NCBI GenBank assembly: GCA_001780165.1
Contig: MFFQ01000124.1
Coordinates: 2,825-66,824, forward strand
Length of the DNA stretch: 64,000 bases
Direction of reading: 5' to 3'
Source: Candidatus Eisenbacteria bacterium RBG_16_71_46
GTDB taxonomy: Bacteria; Eisenbacteria; RBG-16-71-46
The notes under the pieces are model-generated. The model was not told the origin of the DNA. It worked only from the letters and a program-made list of their open reading frames with translations, and ran no database searches. The translations under genes were made by a program, and so were the position numbers. Each line of letters begins with the position of its first letter. Positions within the stretch are counted from its first letter, which is position 1. This document shows, piece after piece, positions 32,536-44,531 of this stretch.

Positions 32536-32648
32536 CCCGCACCATCCCCCGGCGCGTCGCGCCTCCCCGCCCTCAGGTGGGCGCGCCGGCGATTTCCGAA
32601 TACTCCAGCGACGGCCCGCCCCTGCGCCGCCGCTCGGGCACGAGGAGC

Positions 32649-34607
32649 ATGCCCGTTTCGCATCGAGATGCACTGCGCGACCTGCTGCGTCGGGTCGACG
32701 AGGTCCGCGGGCTTTCGGGCTGGCCGGACCCGCCGTCCGCGCTCGAACTCGAGGACGGCCCCTCGCTCATCCGCACCCTCGGGGAGCTGGTCGAGGAACT
32801 CGAGCGCAGCCACCGCCGGCTGATCGAGACCAACGTCCAGCTGGTGTCGCTGCGCGAGGTCACGAGCGGAATGGTCTCCGCGCTCGACGCGGCGGAGACG
32901 GCGCGCACGGTGACGCGTTACCTGTGCCGGGCCTTCGGCTTCCCGGACGTGTTCCTGCTGCTGGTCAACCGCGATGCGCGCCAGCTCGAGGGCACCTGGA
33001 CCTGGCACCGCGGTGAGCGCGAGCGCAGCGTCGAGGTCGAGCTGCCGCTGCTCGGCGACCACGGAGCCATCGCGCGCGCGCTGTGGCTGAACCGAACCAC
33101 CGTGCACCACGCGCCGCGGGAGCACCCGCCGGCGGTGCTGCCCGACGGGCACGAGCTGCAGGACGCCCTGGCCGAGCTCGGCGCCACCGTGTGCGTGCCG
33201 CTCCAGCGCAGCCACGCCCTCACCGGCGCCGGAGCACCCCACGAGGTGTGCGGGGCGCGCTGCATCGTGGGGGAGATGGACCTCATGGTGCCGCCGCCGG
33301 GGGCGGATGCCGCCGCGTGGGCCGCGGACCGCGACGAGCGCCAGCGCCATTGTCTGGGCTGCGAGCTGCTGCCCCCGCTGGGCGTGATCGGCATCGCCCG
33401 CCGCACCGGGACGCCGCCGCTGGCGAGCGTGGACGTGACCCTGCTCGAGTCCATCGCGCTCTCGGTGGCCCCGGTGGTCGAGAACGCCCGGCTCTACCAG
33501 GACCTGCGCAAGAGCGAACGCTTCCGCGAACACGTCCTCGACAGCATGGCCAGCGCCCTGGTGGCGGTGAACATGCAGGGCGAGATTCTCACTTTCAACC
33601 GCGCCGCCGAGAACCTGCTCGGCCACTCCGAGGCGGAGGTGCTGGGGCAGCCGTTCGGCGCCCTGTTCGGCACCGAGGGCGAGCAGGCGCTCCAGGCCAC
33701 CCTCGAGCAGGGGCGCGAGTCGCTGCGCGAGGAGATCCTGCTGCGCACCCGCGACGGCTCGCCGCTGCCGGTGAGCCTCACGACCTCGCTGCTGCGGAAC
33801 GAAAAGCGCAACGTCTACGGCGCGATCGCCACCTTCGCGGACCTCACGCCGCTCAAGCGGGCGGAGGAGCACGCGCGCCGGCTCGACCGCCTCGCCGCGC
33901 TCGGCCGCTTCACCTCGAGCGTGGCCCACGAGATCCGCAACCCGCTCACCGGGATCGGGGCGGGGGTGCAGTACCTGGCGCGCGCCCTGGCCCAGGACGG
34001 GCCGCAGCGCGAGAACCTGGACTTCATCCGCGCCGAGATCGAGCGCCTCGATCGCATCGTCCAGAACCTCTTCGACATCACGCATCCGCGCGGCCTGCAG
34101 GCGCGCACCGCGCCGGTCGAGGACACGGTGCGCCGCGCCCTCCAGGTGCTCGGGGCCCAGATCGCCGAGCGGCAGGTCGAGGCCCGCCTCACCGTCTCCC
34201 CGCGCACGCCGCCGGTGGCGCAGGATGCCGACCAGCTCGAGCAGGTGTTCATCAACCTGCTCAAGAACGCGGTCGAGGCCTCCGTCCAGGGCGGTGCGAT
34301 CGAGGTCTCGATCGCTCCCGCGGCGCCGGCGCCCGCGACGCCCCGCGGGCGCCGGGCGCGCCCGCTCGGCGCCCCCGGCGTCGTGGTGCGCATCACCGAC
34401 CAGGGCGCGGGCATCGGTCCCGATCAGCTGCAGAACGTCTTCGAGCCGTTCTTCACCACCAAGCCCGGTGGCACCGGGCTCGGCCTCTACGTCAGCTACG
34501 ACATCGTCAAGCGTCACGGTGGGACGCTCAGCGTCCACAGTGAGTCGGGACGCGGCACCACTTTCGTCGTGGAACTTCCGCCCGAAATCAACGGAGGCAG
34601 CACATGA
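32649..34607 (+). CDS. Cytoplasmic GAF-PAS sensor histidine kinase
   Basis: H-box VAHEIRNPL, N-box QVFINLLKNA, DQGAGI, FEPFFTTKPGGTGLGL; PAS FNRAAE.LLG; ATG after GAGGAG. Confidence 0.93.
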   Translation: MPVSHRDALRDLLRRVDEVRGLSGWPDPPSALELEDGPSLIRTLGELVEELERSHRRLIETNVQLVSLREVTSGMVSALDAAETARTVTRYLCRAFGFPDVFLLLVNRDARQLEGTWTWHRGERERSVEVELPLLGDHGAIARALWLNRTTVHHAPREHPPAVLPDGHELQDALAELGATVCVPLQRSHALTGAGAPHEVCGARCIVGEMDLMVPPPGADAAAWAADRDERQRHCLGCELLPPLGVIGIARRTGTPPLASVDVTLLESIALSVAPVVENARLYQDLRKSERFREHVLDSMASALVAVNMQGEILTFNRAAENLLGHSEAEVLGQPFGALFGTEGEQALQATLEQGRESLREEILLRTRDGSPLPVSLTTSLLRNEKRNVYGAIATFADLTPLKRAEEHARRLDRLAALGRFTSSVAHEIRNPLTGIGAGVQYLARALAQDGPQRENLDFIRAEIERLDRIVQNLFDITHPRGLQARTAPVEDTVRRALQVLGAQIAERQVEARLTVSPRTPPVAQDADQLEQVFINLLKNAVEASVQGGAIEVSIAPAAPAPATPRGRRARPLGAPGVVVRITDQGAGIGPDQLQNVFEPFFTTKPGGTGLGLYVSYDIVKRHGGTLSVHSESGRGTTFVVELPPEINGGST

Positions 34608-36028
34608 GCAAGGCGAACATCCTGCTGGTCGACGACCAGGAGTCGATCCGGCACTTCGTCCGAAAGGCCCTCGAGGACGAGGGCTTCGAGGTCCGCTCCA
34701 CCGGCTCGATCCGCGAGACCCGCGAGGCGCTGGGCAGCGACCTCCCGGACCTGGTCGTGCTCGACCTCAAGCTTCCGGACGGGAACGGCATCGAGATGCT
34801 GCGCGAGATCAAGCGGGCCCAGCCGGAGCTGCCGGTGATCCTCATGACCGCCTTCGGCGACCTGGAAACCGCCGTCGAGGCGATGAGCGCCGGGGCCTTC
34901 TGGTTCGTCAAGAAGCCGTTCCAGAACGAGGAGCTGCTGGCCCTGGTGGCGCGCGCGCTCGAAGCCCACAAACTGTGGCTCGAGATCAAGCGGCTGAGGC
35001 ACGGCGCCTTTGCCGACGAGGACTACCTCCATTCGTCGAGTCCGAGCATGCAGGAGGCCTACGCGATCGCCGAGCAGGTGGCGCGCGGCGACACCACCAG
35101 CGTGCTCATCGAGGGCGAGAGCGGGACCGGGAAGGAGTACTTCGCCAACCTCATCCACCGCATGAGTGCGCGACACGCCCATCCGTTCGTCGAAATCAAT
35201 TGCGCCGCCATCCCCAGCGAGTTGCTCGAAAGCGAGCTGTTCGGGCACGAGAAGGGCGCCTTCACCGACGCCCGCGCGCAGAAGCAGGGATTGATGGAGC
35301 TGGCGAGCGGCGGCACCCTGTTCCTCGACGAGATCGGGGAGATGAACCCGATGCTCCAGGTCAAGCTGCTGCGGGTGCTCGAGCGCCGGAACTTCAAGCG
35401 CGTCGGCGGCACCAAGGACATCACCGTGGACGTGCGCATCATGTCGGCCACCAATCAGGACCTCGAGAAGCGGGTGCGGGAGGGGGGCTTCCGCGAGGAC
35501 CTCTACTACCGCCTCAAGGTGGTGCCGCTCTACGTCCCGCCGCTGCGCGAGCGCAAGGACGACATCGTGCCGCTGTCGCGACTGTTCATGGAGCGGTTTG
35601 CCAAGCAGTTCAAGAAGCCGTTCCGCGAGATCTCGCCGGGCGCCGAGCGCATGCTCACCGACTATCCCTGGCCGGGCAACATCCGTGAGCTCAAGAACCT
35701 GTTCGAGCGCACGGTGCTGCTCGAGGTGGGCGAGGTGCTCGAGCCCCGGCACCTCAAGCTCGCGCCGCGCACCCGGCCCGGCGTCGAGGTCACCCTCGGT
35801 CAACGCGTCGACGAGTACCTCAGCGGGGCCCTTGCCGAAAGCGGCATCCCGTTCGAGGCCGTGATCGAGGAGCTGGAGCGAGCCTTGATTCTGCGCGCCT
35901 CGTATGCTACCAAGTGGAACCAGAGTCGCACCGCGGAGCTGCTCAACCTCAAGCGCGACAAGCTCCGTTACCGGATGAAGCTCTACGAGATCCAGCCGGA
36001 GAGCGAGGCGACGACCCCGACCGAATAG
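34604..36028 (+). CDS. sigma54-dependent NtrC/AtoC-family response regulator (REC-AAA+-Fis HTH)
   Basis: LVDD, DLKLP, GESGTGKE, ESELFGHEKGAFTDA, FREDLYYRL, WPGNIREL. Confidence 0.95.
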   Translation: MSKANILLVDDQESIRHFVRKALEDEGFEVRSTGSIRETREALGSDLPDLVVLDLKLPDGNGIEMLREIKRAQPELPVILMTAFGDLETAVEAMSAGAFWFVKKPFQNEELLALVARALEAHKLWLEIKRLRHGAFADEDYLHSSSPSMQEAYAIAEQVARGDTTSVLIEGESGTGKEYFANLIHRMSARHAHPFVEINCAAIPSELLESELFGHEKGAFTDARAQKQGLMELASGGTLFLDEIGEMNPMLQVKLLRVLERRNFKRVGGTKDITVDVRIMSATNQDLEKRVREGGFREDLYYRLKVVPLYVPPLRERKDDIVPLSRLFMERFAKQFKKPFREISPGAERMLTDYPWPGNIRELKNLFERTVLLEVGEVLEPRHLKLAPRTRPGVEVTLGQRVDEYLSGALAESGIPFEAVIEELERALILRASYATKWNQSRTAELLNLKRDKLRYRMKLYEIQPESEATTPTE

Positions 36029-36038
36029 GCGCCCGCAC

Positions 36039-36560
36039 GTGGTGAGAATCGGCACGTCGACCCTGGGCCTGTGGGTGTTGTGCGCGGCCGCGACGTGCGG
36101 CTCGTGCGCCTACACCACCACCAGCGCGCTGCTGCCTCCCCACATCAAGACCGTGGCGATCCCGGTGTTCGAGAACGCCACCACCGAGTACACCCTGGAG
36201 CAGGACGTCACGAACGCGGTGATCGCGCGCTTCGTGGCCGACAACCACCTGCGCGTGGTGGACGAGCGCTCGGCGGACGCGGTGATCCGCGGACGGATCG
36301 TCAGCTACCAGAACTCGGTGTTCGGCTTCACCGCCCAGACCGGGGCGCAGGAGTACCGCGTGAGCATCGGGGTCTCGGCGGTGTTCAAGGACCAGGTGAA
36401 GAACCGCGAGATCTGGAACGAGCCCAACCTGCTCAAGACCGCCAACTACTACGTGCAGGACGTGCCGGGCCAGACCGCGAAGACGGAGCTCGATGGACGC
36501 AAAGAAGCGATCGACAAGATCGCCGACGAAATCCTCAGCCGCAGCATCGAAGGCTGGTAG
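36039..36560 (+). CDS. LptE-family lipoprotein
   Basis: Cys-containing signal peptide; LPPHIKTVAIPVFEN motif typical of LptE-like proteins; next to holA/leuS. Confidence 0.75.
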   Translation: MVRIGTSTLGLWVLCAAATCGSCAYTTTSALLPPHIKTVAIPVFENATTEYTLEQDVTNAVIARFVADNHLRVVDERSADAVIRGRIVSYQNSVFGFTAQTGAQEYRVSIGVSAVFKDQVKNREIWNEPNLLKTANYYVQDVPGQTAKTELDGRKEAIDKIADEILSRSIEGW

Positions 36561-37578
36561 CCAGGGCGCCGGCGCCGCGGCGCGCCGGCCGGCGCGCAAG
36601 GGTGCTCCGGCGCGGCCCGCGACCGCCGACGGATTCGAGTTGCTGACCCGCGCCGATCGCGGCGAGTTCCCGCCGTCGCTCTACCTGGAGGGCCCGAGCG
36701 AGCCGCTGAAGGCGGCGTTCCTCGCCGCGTGGCGCCGCGCGTGGGCGGAGGCGTGCCCCGAGGCGCCGATCGGGCGCGTGTTCCGCACCGCCGAGAGCGG
36801 GGTGGAGGAGATCCTCGCCGCGCACCAGAGCGCCTCGCTGTTCAGCCCGCGCAACCTCCACATCGTGCTCGAGATCGAGGACCTGGGCCGCAGCGAGAAG
36901 AAGGTCGCTGCCCTTGCCGCCGGACTCGCGCACCCCGCGGGCGCCTCGTGCCTGGTGCTGGTCGAGTCCGAAGCCGACAGCCCGCGCAAGACGCTGGAGC
37001 CGCTGCGCGCCGCCAGCGCCGCGCGCTGGGTGGCGTGGCCCGCGGATCGGCGCGCGCTCGCGCGCTGGGGCGAGCGCCGCCTCGCGCAGGAAGGCGTGGG
37101 GGCGGAGCCCGGGGTGATCGAGGCGCTGGTGGACGCGTGCGAGGGCGACACCCTGGCGTTCTTCAACGAGCTCGACAAGCTGTGCACGCTCGCCGGCGGC
37201 TCCGGGCCGCGCCGCATCGCGCCCGCCGACGTCGCCGCACTGCTGCGCCCCACGGTCGGCGCCGACCTGCCCGCGTACCTCGGCGCGGTGGCGCTGGGGC
37301 AGCCGCGGCTCGCGGCCCAGCGCCTCGGGCGGCTGCTCGCGAGCGGCGTGGGGGAGGGCACGGTGCTCTTCGCTCTCTCGAACCTGGTGGGGGGCGCCCT
37401 CGGGGGATGGGCGCGCTGGCGCGACCTCAGCTTCGCCCTCGCCCGCCGGGTGCCGCCCCCGGGGTTGTCGCGGGCGATGGACGCCCTGTTCCGCGCCGAG
37501 GCGGCGTGGAAGGGCGGGCGCGCCGATTCGATCGCGGTGCTGGAGCAGGTGACGAGGGCGGTCTCGGGCCAGGGCTGA
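36493..37578 (+). CDS. holA: DNA polymerase III delta subunit-like protein (divergent; start uncertain)
   Basis: YLEG.., SLFSPR, GD....NELDKL pattern; position beside lptE and leuS. Confidence 0.7.
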   Translation: MDAKKRSTRSPTKSSAAASKAGSQGAGAAARRPARKGAPARPATADGFELLTRADRGEFPPSLYLEGPSEPLKAAFLAAWRRAWAEACPEAPIGRVFRTAESGVEEILAAHQSASLFSPRNLHIVLEIEDLGRSEKKVAALAAGLAHPAGASCLVLVESEADSPRKTLEPLRAASAARWVAWPADRRALARWGERRLAQEGVGAEPGVIEALVDACEGDTLAFFNELDKLCTLAGGSGPRRIAPADVAALLRPTVGADLPAYLGAVALGQPRLAAQRLGRLLASGVGEGTVLFALSNLVGGALGGWARWRDLSFALARRVPPPGLSRAMDALFRAEAAWKGGRADSIAVLEQVTRAVSGQG

Positions 37579-37658
37579 GGCCGGTGGCAGCACGCGCTTG
37601 CCGCGGGCTCGGCGCCGGTGATAGCGTTCGCGCCCCCCGAACCATCACAGGACCATCC

Positions 37659-40109
<2,451 letters not shown>

Positions 40110-40654
40110 GCGCCGGCAAGTAGGCGCTGGCGCCGCGTGGCGTTCGCCGCGGCGCAGGGCGGGGCGGGAGGGCGGGCGGACCCGCTCGAGCACCGCGGGG
40201 GAGACTCGCGATGGTCTGGTGGAAGGCCGGCCGACGCCTCGCGCTGGTCCCCGGTCTCCTGGCGGCCCCGCATCTCGCCCTGGCGTGGAGGCCGGGCACG
40301 GCTCCGGCGGCCGCTGCCGATCGGCGTCTCGCGTATCCGGCGCTCCTGGACGCCGGCGCGACCTGGACGAGGGCCGGGCGTCGGACTCGGCCGGGGGACC
40401 CGGCACGCGACCTACGCGGGGCGCCACCCCCCGCTCCCGGTGCGCGGCCGCCGGGCCGTCGGACTCCGCCACGAAGTGCCGCAGAATGCAGCACGCCATG
40501 AGGGACCCCATCCCGCCCCCGGCGTCCCCGCCAACCGTTTGCACAAGAAGTGAACCGAAAGTGAGCGGCGGATCGATTTCACTCTTGATGCCCCCGCGAC
40601 GGCAGTAGACTCACTTCACGGTGAGATTCGCACCTGCACGGAAAGGAGAGTTTT

Positions 40655-42109
40655 ATGGGCCGCCACCTCCCGACACCCGCCACGATTATCTCCGCGCTCA
40701 TCGGCACGCTGCTGTTGTCCGGATCGGCATTAACTCCCGTGCGTGCCGCAAGCGGGACATTCACCACGACAGTCGACAACACGGTCTCCCCGCCGAGAAT
40801 CGACATCACCTACACGCCCGCGGTGAATTGCGCCAAGGTCCTCCTGAGCCAGACCGTCAAACCGACGCTGAGCGACGCGGATGGATCCAATGCCGTCGAC
40901 TGTCCATTCAAGGACTGGGACGCATACGCAATCAACGACATCACGACCGTGGCCGGCAATACCAGTATCGATCACAACTTCTGCGAGAAGGATCACTACT
41001 ACAACGGCGACGACAATCCTCAGGACAACCTGAAGGGCAATCAGCAGGGAAGCAAGGCGGGTGCGACCGTGGTCGACGCGAAGCTGCGGGACAAACCGCA
41101 CGCCAACGTGCCCAAGAACGGCAAGGACAAGTTCACGGCGGAATTCGAGACCTGCGCCATCTGCGCCGACGACGGCACGGTCCTGGGCTGCATGACGTGG
41201 AAGTACGAGAACACGAGTGGCGGCGCCGAGAAGATCACGGTGACCGGGGGCGCAGGCGGCAATCCTCCGGCGGATCCCTCGGCGACCTTTGGAACCGCGG
41301 TCACCAAGTTCAAGGACACTCACACCAAGGACGGCAATCCCATCTGCCCGGAGAAAGTGGCGGCGGACGCCAAGAAGAACCGCGAGGGAGGGAAAACCGT
41401 GGACGTCGATCCGATCCTCATCCCTCCCCCCGGCAACGGGGAGGATCCCGGCTACATCATCACCTACGAGGTCCTCCCGGCCCTCGGACCGTTGGGTTAC
41501 GCGCTGCTGGCCGGTCTTCTACTTGCAGGGGGGCTGTTGGTGCTCGGCCGGCGGCGAGCGGTCGGACTGGCAGTGATGCTCGCGCTCATCCTGATTTCGG
41601 GTCTGCCGCGCAGCTTGCAGGCAGCGACATGCGTCTCGTACCCATCCATCGTGGCCGGAAGCCCCACGGAGTACGCGGACTACGAGATGCGGTTCTGCTG
41701 GATCGGGGAGGCGAAATCCAAACCCACGTTCGGCCTCAACGGGGTTTCGCGGACCTTCAACTTCGCGGACTTCGAGCCGTGCGCGCTTCCTCCCGAAAAG
41801 TACGACGACAACTCCAACGTGACGCTGACCCTCTCGAACACGGAGTGGAATGACTTCATCAATCGCCTCGGGTCCTACTCGGAGTTCTACGGGTTTGGAA
41901 CCGTCCCGGGAGCCTCTCTGTCACTTCAGATTCTCAGAGGCACCGGTCCAGGCACACTGATCTACGAGCACGTCACGAACAGGACCGGGGCGCGGACGAT
42001 GCTCCTGCTCCTGATCGACAGCATTTCCCCTGGCAACACCGCCGCGCTCGACCTGACGATCGCGATGAAGAGAATCTACCTCGGAGACTGCGTGAACTGC
42101 GGCCAGTAG
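40655..42109 (+). CDS. Secreted two-domain hypothetical protein with an internal sorting-signal-like TM and a second signal-peptide-like segment
   Basis: AAAGGAG RBS; N-terminal signal peptide (..TPVRA); Cys-containing domain; VLPALGPLGYALL..GRRR; AVGLAVMLALILISGLPRSLQA; second Cys-containing domain. Confidence 0.85.
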   Translation: MGRHLPTPATIISALIGTLLLSGSALTPVRAASGTFTTTVDNTVSPPRIDITYTPAVNCAKVLLSQTVKPTLSDADGSNAVDCPFKDWDAYAINDITTVAGNTSIDHNFCEKDHYYNGDDNPQDNLKGNQQGSKAGATVVDAKLRDKPHANVPKNGKDKFTAEFETCAICADDGTVLGCMTWKYENTSGGAEKITVTGGAGGNPPADPSATFGTAVTKFKDTHTKDGNPICPEKVAADAKKNREGGKTVDVDPILIPPPGNGEDPGYIITYEVLPALGPLGYALLAGLLLAGGLLVLGRRRAVGLAVMLALILISGLPRSLQAATCVSYPSIVAGSPTEYADYEMRFCWIGEAKSKPTFGLNGVSRTFNFADFEPCALPPEKYDDNSNVTLTLSNTEWNDFINRLGSYSEFYGFGTVPGASLSLQILRGTGPGTLIYEHVTNRTGARTMLLLLIDSISPGNTAALDLTIAMKRIYLGDCVNCGQ

Positions 42110-42370
42110 GGGCCCGAGAGCCGCTCGCGCGGGCCGGCCACGCAGAAGGCTCGCCAAGAGGGGTCAGCCTTCGCGCGCGCCCGTCGCGCGCGCCAGGCCA
42201 GGCTCGGGGCGGTGTAAGCCCGTCTCGTTCGCGCTGGGCCCGGCGGCCAGCCATTGTGCCGCCGGGCTCCTTCGTTCGTCCCCACCGTTCCAACAGCGGG
42301 AGAGGGAATGCCCGAGACGCTGTGCCGACGGCCGAATCGGGCCGCGGATCCGAATCGGTCCAAGGCTCCA

Positions 42371-42398
42371 GGTTTACATAATAGATATTATGCGACAC
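42371..42398. other. dif-like XerC/XerD recombination site
   Basis: The - strand reads GTGTCGCATAA-TATCTA-TTATGTAAACC versus E. coli dif GGTGCGCATAA-TGTATA-TTATGTTAAAT; intergenic AT-rich patch at the gene-strand switch. Confidence 0.85.
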
Positions 42399-42507
42399 GC
42401 TGATTGGGCGTCCTGGGACGGATCCGGCGGCGGTGGCCGGTGCGCTACACTGGGCCCGCTTCCCGCTCGCGCCTGACAAACGCTCGATTCCCTCGAAAGA
42501 CCACGCC

Positions 42508-43461
42508 ATGCGACCACCGGCTTCGAGCCTCGGCCTCGTCCTCGCGCTCGGCTTGCTCGTCCTGCCCGCCCTGATCTCCGGCGTCGCCCGGGCCGAAGGT
42601 CGCGGCATCCTCGGTCGCTGGGACCTGACGCTCCACACCGCGCACCGCGCGCTGCCGGCCTGGTTCGAAATCGCGGACCAGGGCGGCACGCTGGGCATGC
42701 GCTACGTCGGCTGGGTCGGCGGCGCGCGCCCGGTGTCCCGGCTCGAGTATTCCGACCGCCAGATCCGCTTCAGCCTGCCCACACAGTTCGAGCGGCCGGG
42801 CGGGACGCTCACCTTCACCGGCCGCTTCAACGGTGCGTGGCTCGAGGGCGAGGGCTCGCTCGGCGGCGGCCCGGCCTTCCGCTGGACGGCGGTGCGATCA
42901 CCCGGGCTGGCCCCGAGGCCGCGCCCGCGCTGGGGCGAGCCCATCGCGCTGTTCGACGGCCGCGACCTCGACGGCTGGTGCCGCCGCCACGAGGGCGGCG
43001 AGGCGTGCTGGGGCGTCGAGGACGGCGTGCTCTCGAGCCAGGCGCCGTGCGTGGACCTGGTGAGCCGCCGGCGCTTCCGCGACTTCAGGCTGCACGTCGA
43101 GTTCCGGCTCGCCGAGGGCGCCGACAGCGGTATCCACCTGCGCGGTCGCTACGAGATCCAGCTCAGGGACGACAACCGCATGGATCCGGCCGAGGGGTGG
43201 CACGCCGGCCTCTACGGCTTCATCGCCCCGGCGAGCGACGCGCGCCGCCCCGCGGGCGAATGGCAGACCTGCGACGCCACCTTGATCGGCCGCCGCGTGA
43301 CGGTGGTGATGAACGGCGTCACGGTGATCGACGACCAGGAGATTCCGGGCATCACCGGCGACGCGCTCGACAGCGACGAGGGCGCGGCAGGACCGATCAT
43401 GCTCCAGGGCCGCGCGGGCGGGGTGTCGTTCCGCGACATCACCGTCGTGCCCGCTCGGTGA
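42508..43461 (+). CDS. Secreted DUF1080 (3-keto-disaccharide hydrolase-like) protein
   Basis: Signal peptide; LFDGRDLDGW, FRDFRLHVEF, DSGIHLRGRYEIQ, GEWQ, GPIMLQG, VSFRDI. Confidence 0.88.
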   Translation: MRPPASSLGLVLALGLLVLPALISGVARAEGRGILGRWDLTLHTAHRALPAWFEIADQGGTLGMRYVGWVGGARPVSRLEYSDRQIRFSLPTQFERPGGTLTFTGRFNGAWLEGEGSLGGGPAFRWTAVRSPGLAPRPRPRWGEPIALFDGRDLDGWCRRHEGGEACWGVEDGVLSSQAPCVDLVSRRRFRDFRLHVEFRLAEGADSGIHLRGRYEIQLRDDNRMDPAEGWHAGLYGFIAPASDARRPAGEWQTCDATLIGRRVTVVMNGVTVIDDQEIPGITGDALDSDEGAAGPIMLQGRAGGVSFRDITVVPAR

Positions 43462-43494
43462 GTCGTTGCCGCGCCATCGGTCAGGACGGTGTCT

Positions 43495-44322
43495 TCAAGT
43501 GTTGTCTAGGGTCATGCACACCTTGGAGTATGCCAGCTGAAACCCCGCGCGGCGCACGTTGCGCTCCGAGTCCGAGTCGGCGTTGACCTTGACCACGACC
43601 TGCGCGCAGCCGAGCGTGCGCGCGGCGTCCACGCGGGCCCGCAGCACCGCGCTCTGCACCCCACGCCGGCGGAACACGGGCAGCGTGACCATCGAGAACA
43701 GGTGCCCGCGGGTGCGCGAGGCGTCGAGCGCCCCGCCCCCGGCATCCTCCCCCTCCACCCGCGCGAGGTAGCACAGCACGCCGTCGCGCCGGCAGGCGGT
43801 CCGCCCCAGGCGCAGGCCCCGCTCGAACTCGGGACCGGCCTCGGCCCCGGTGAAGCCGTGCGTGACCGTCCGCGCCCAGCGCTCGTAGTCCTGCGGCCCG
43901 ACCCGCGCCACCTCGACGCCCGGCGCCGGATCGGCCGCGGCAGGGCCGGCTGACGGCTCGATCTCGAGCGCGTAGACCCGCAAGGCGTGCTGGAGGCTGT
44001 ACCCGCGAGCTTCGAGCATCGCGCGAAGTCCGGGATCGGTCGGGTCGCACGCCTCGACGCGCGGCGGCGACCCGAGGCGGCGGTAGAACGCCTCGACCCG
44101 ATCGAGGTCCGCGGGACGCGTCGGCCCGGCGAGCCCGAGTCCCGCGGTGCGGTTGAGCGGGTCGCCCGGGCCGGTGAAGATCGCCCACCCGCCGGCGACC
44201 GCGATCGCCTCGGCCTGGGGTGCGAAGCCGAGCCGGCCCATGGTCCGCACGTAGTCGAGCAGGACGACCGCGTCGTCCTCCTCGACCGCGCGCGCGATAT
44301 CCCCCGCCCCCGCCTCGCTCAC
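43495..44322 (-). CDS. GNAT-family N-acetyltransferase
   Basis: C-terminal acetyl-CoA motif TLPVFRRRGVQSA and SERNVRRAGF; GTG overlaps the upstream gene's stop. Confidence 0.85.
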   Translation of the reverse strand: MSEAGAGDIARAVEEDDAVVLLDYVRTMGRLGFAPQAEAIAVAGGWAIFTGPGDPLNRTAGLGLAGPTRPADLDRVEAFYRRLGSPPRVEACDPTDPGLRAMLEARGYSLQHALRVYALEIEPSAGPAAADPAPGVEVARVGPQDYERWARTVTHGFTGAEAGPEFERGLRLGRTACRRDGVLCYLARVEGEDAGGGALDASRTRGHLFSMVTLPVFRRRGVQSAVLRARVDAARTLGCAQVVVKVNADSDSERNVRRAGFQLAYSKVCMTLDNT

Positions 44323-44531
44323 CCCGGCGCGTCCTTGCGCAGCAGCACGATCTGGCCCGCGTGGTAGAGGTGGTGCACCAACTCCCAGATCGAGTGCGCC
44401 GCGCGGATCGGCCGCGCCGCCGCCTGCGACGCCGTCACCCCCGCGAGCGCCAGACGCACCTCCGGGCCGTGCCACGCAGGGCCCTGCCACGCCCGGTCCA
44501 ACTGGTCCACGATCCGTGCGATCTCTCCCAT
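44319..44531 (-). pseudogene. Internally deleted DinB/YfiT-like protein (70 aa)
   Basis: N-terminal GPAWHGP..AAARPI..AHSIWELVHH joins directly to C-terminal LYHAGQIVLLRK; AGGAGG RBS intact. Confidence 0.65.

Noticed and set aside
31407-32648. 1066-aa histidine kinase as given in the ORF track
   Set aside because: The first ~410 codons overlap the DegT gene in another frame; the real start is ATG 32649 with an RBS.
37584-37602. sigma54-like TGGCA..TTGC upstream of leuS (and TGGCAC near 44756)
   Set aside because: The GG-to-GC spacing is not 10 nt.
40585-40611. TTGATG..TAGACT promoter for the 40655 gene
   Set aside because: The spacer is only 15 bp; plausible but too weak to list as a feature.
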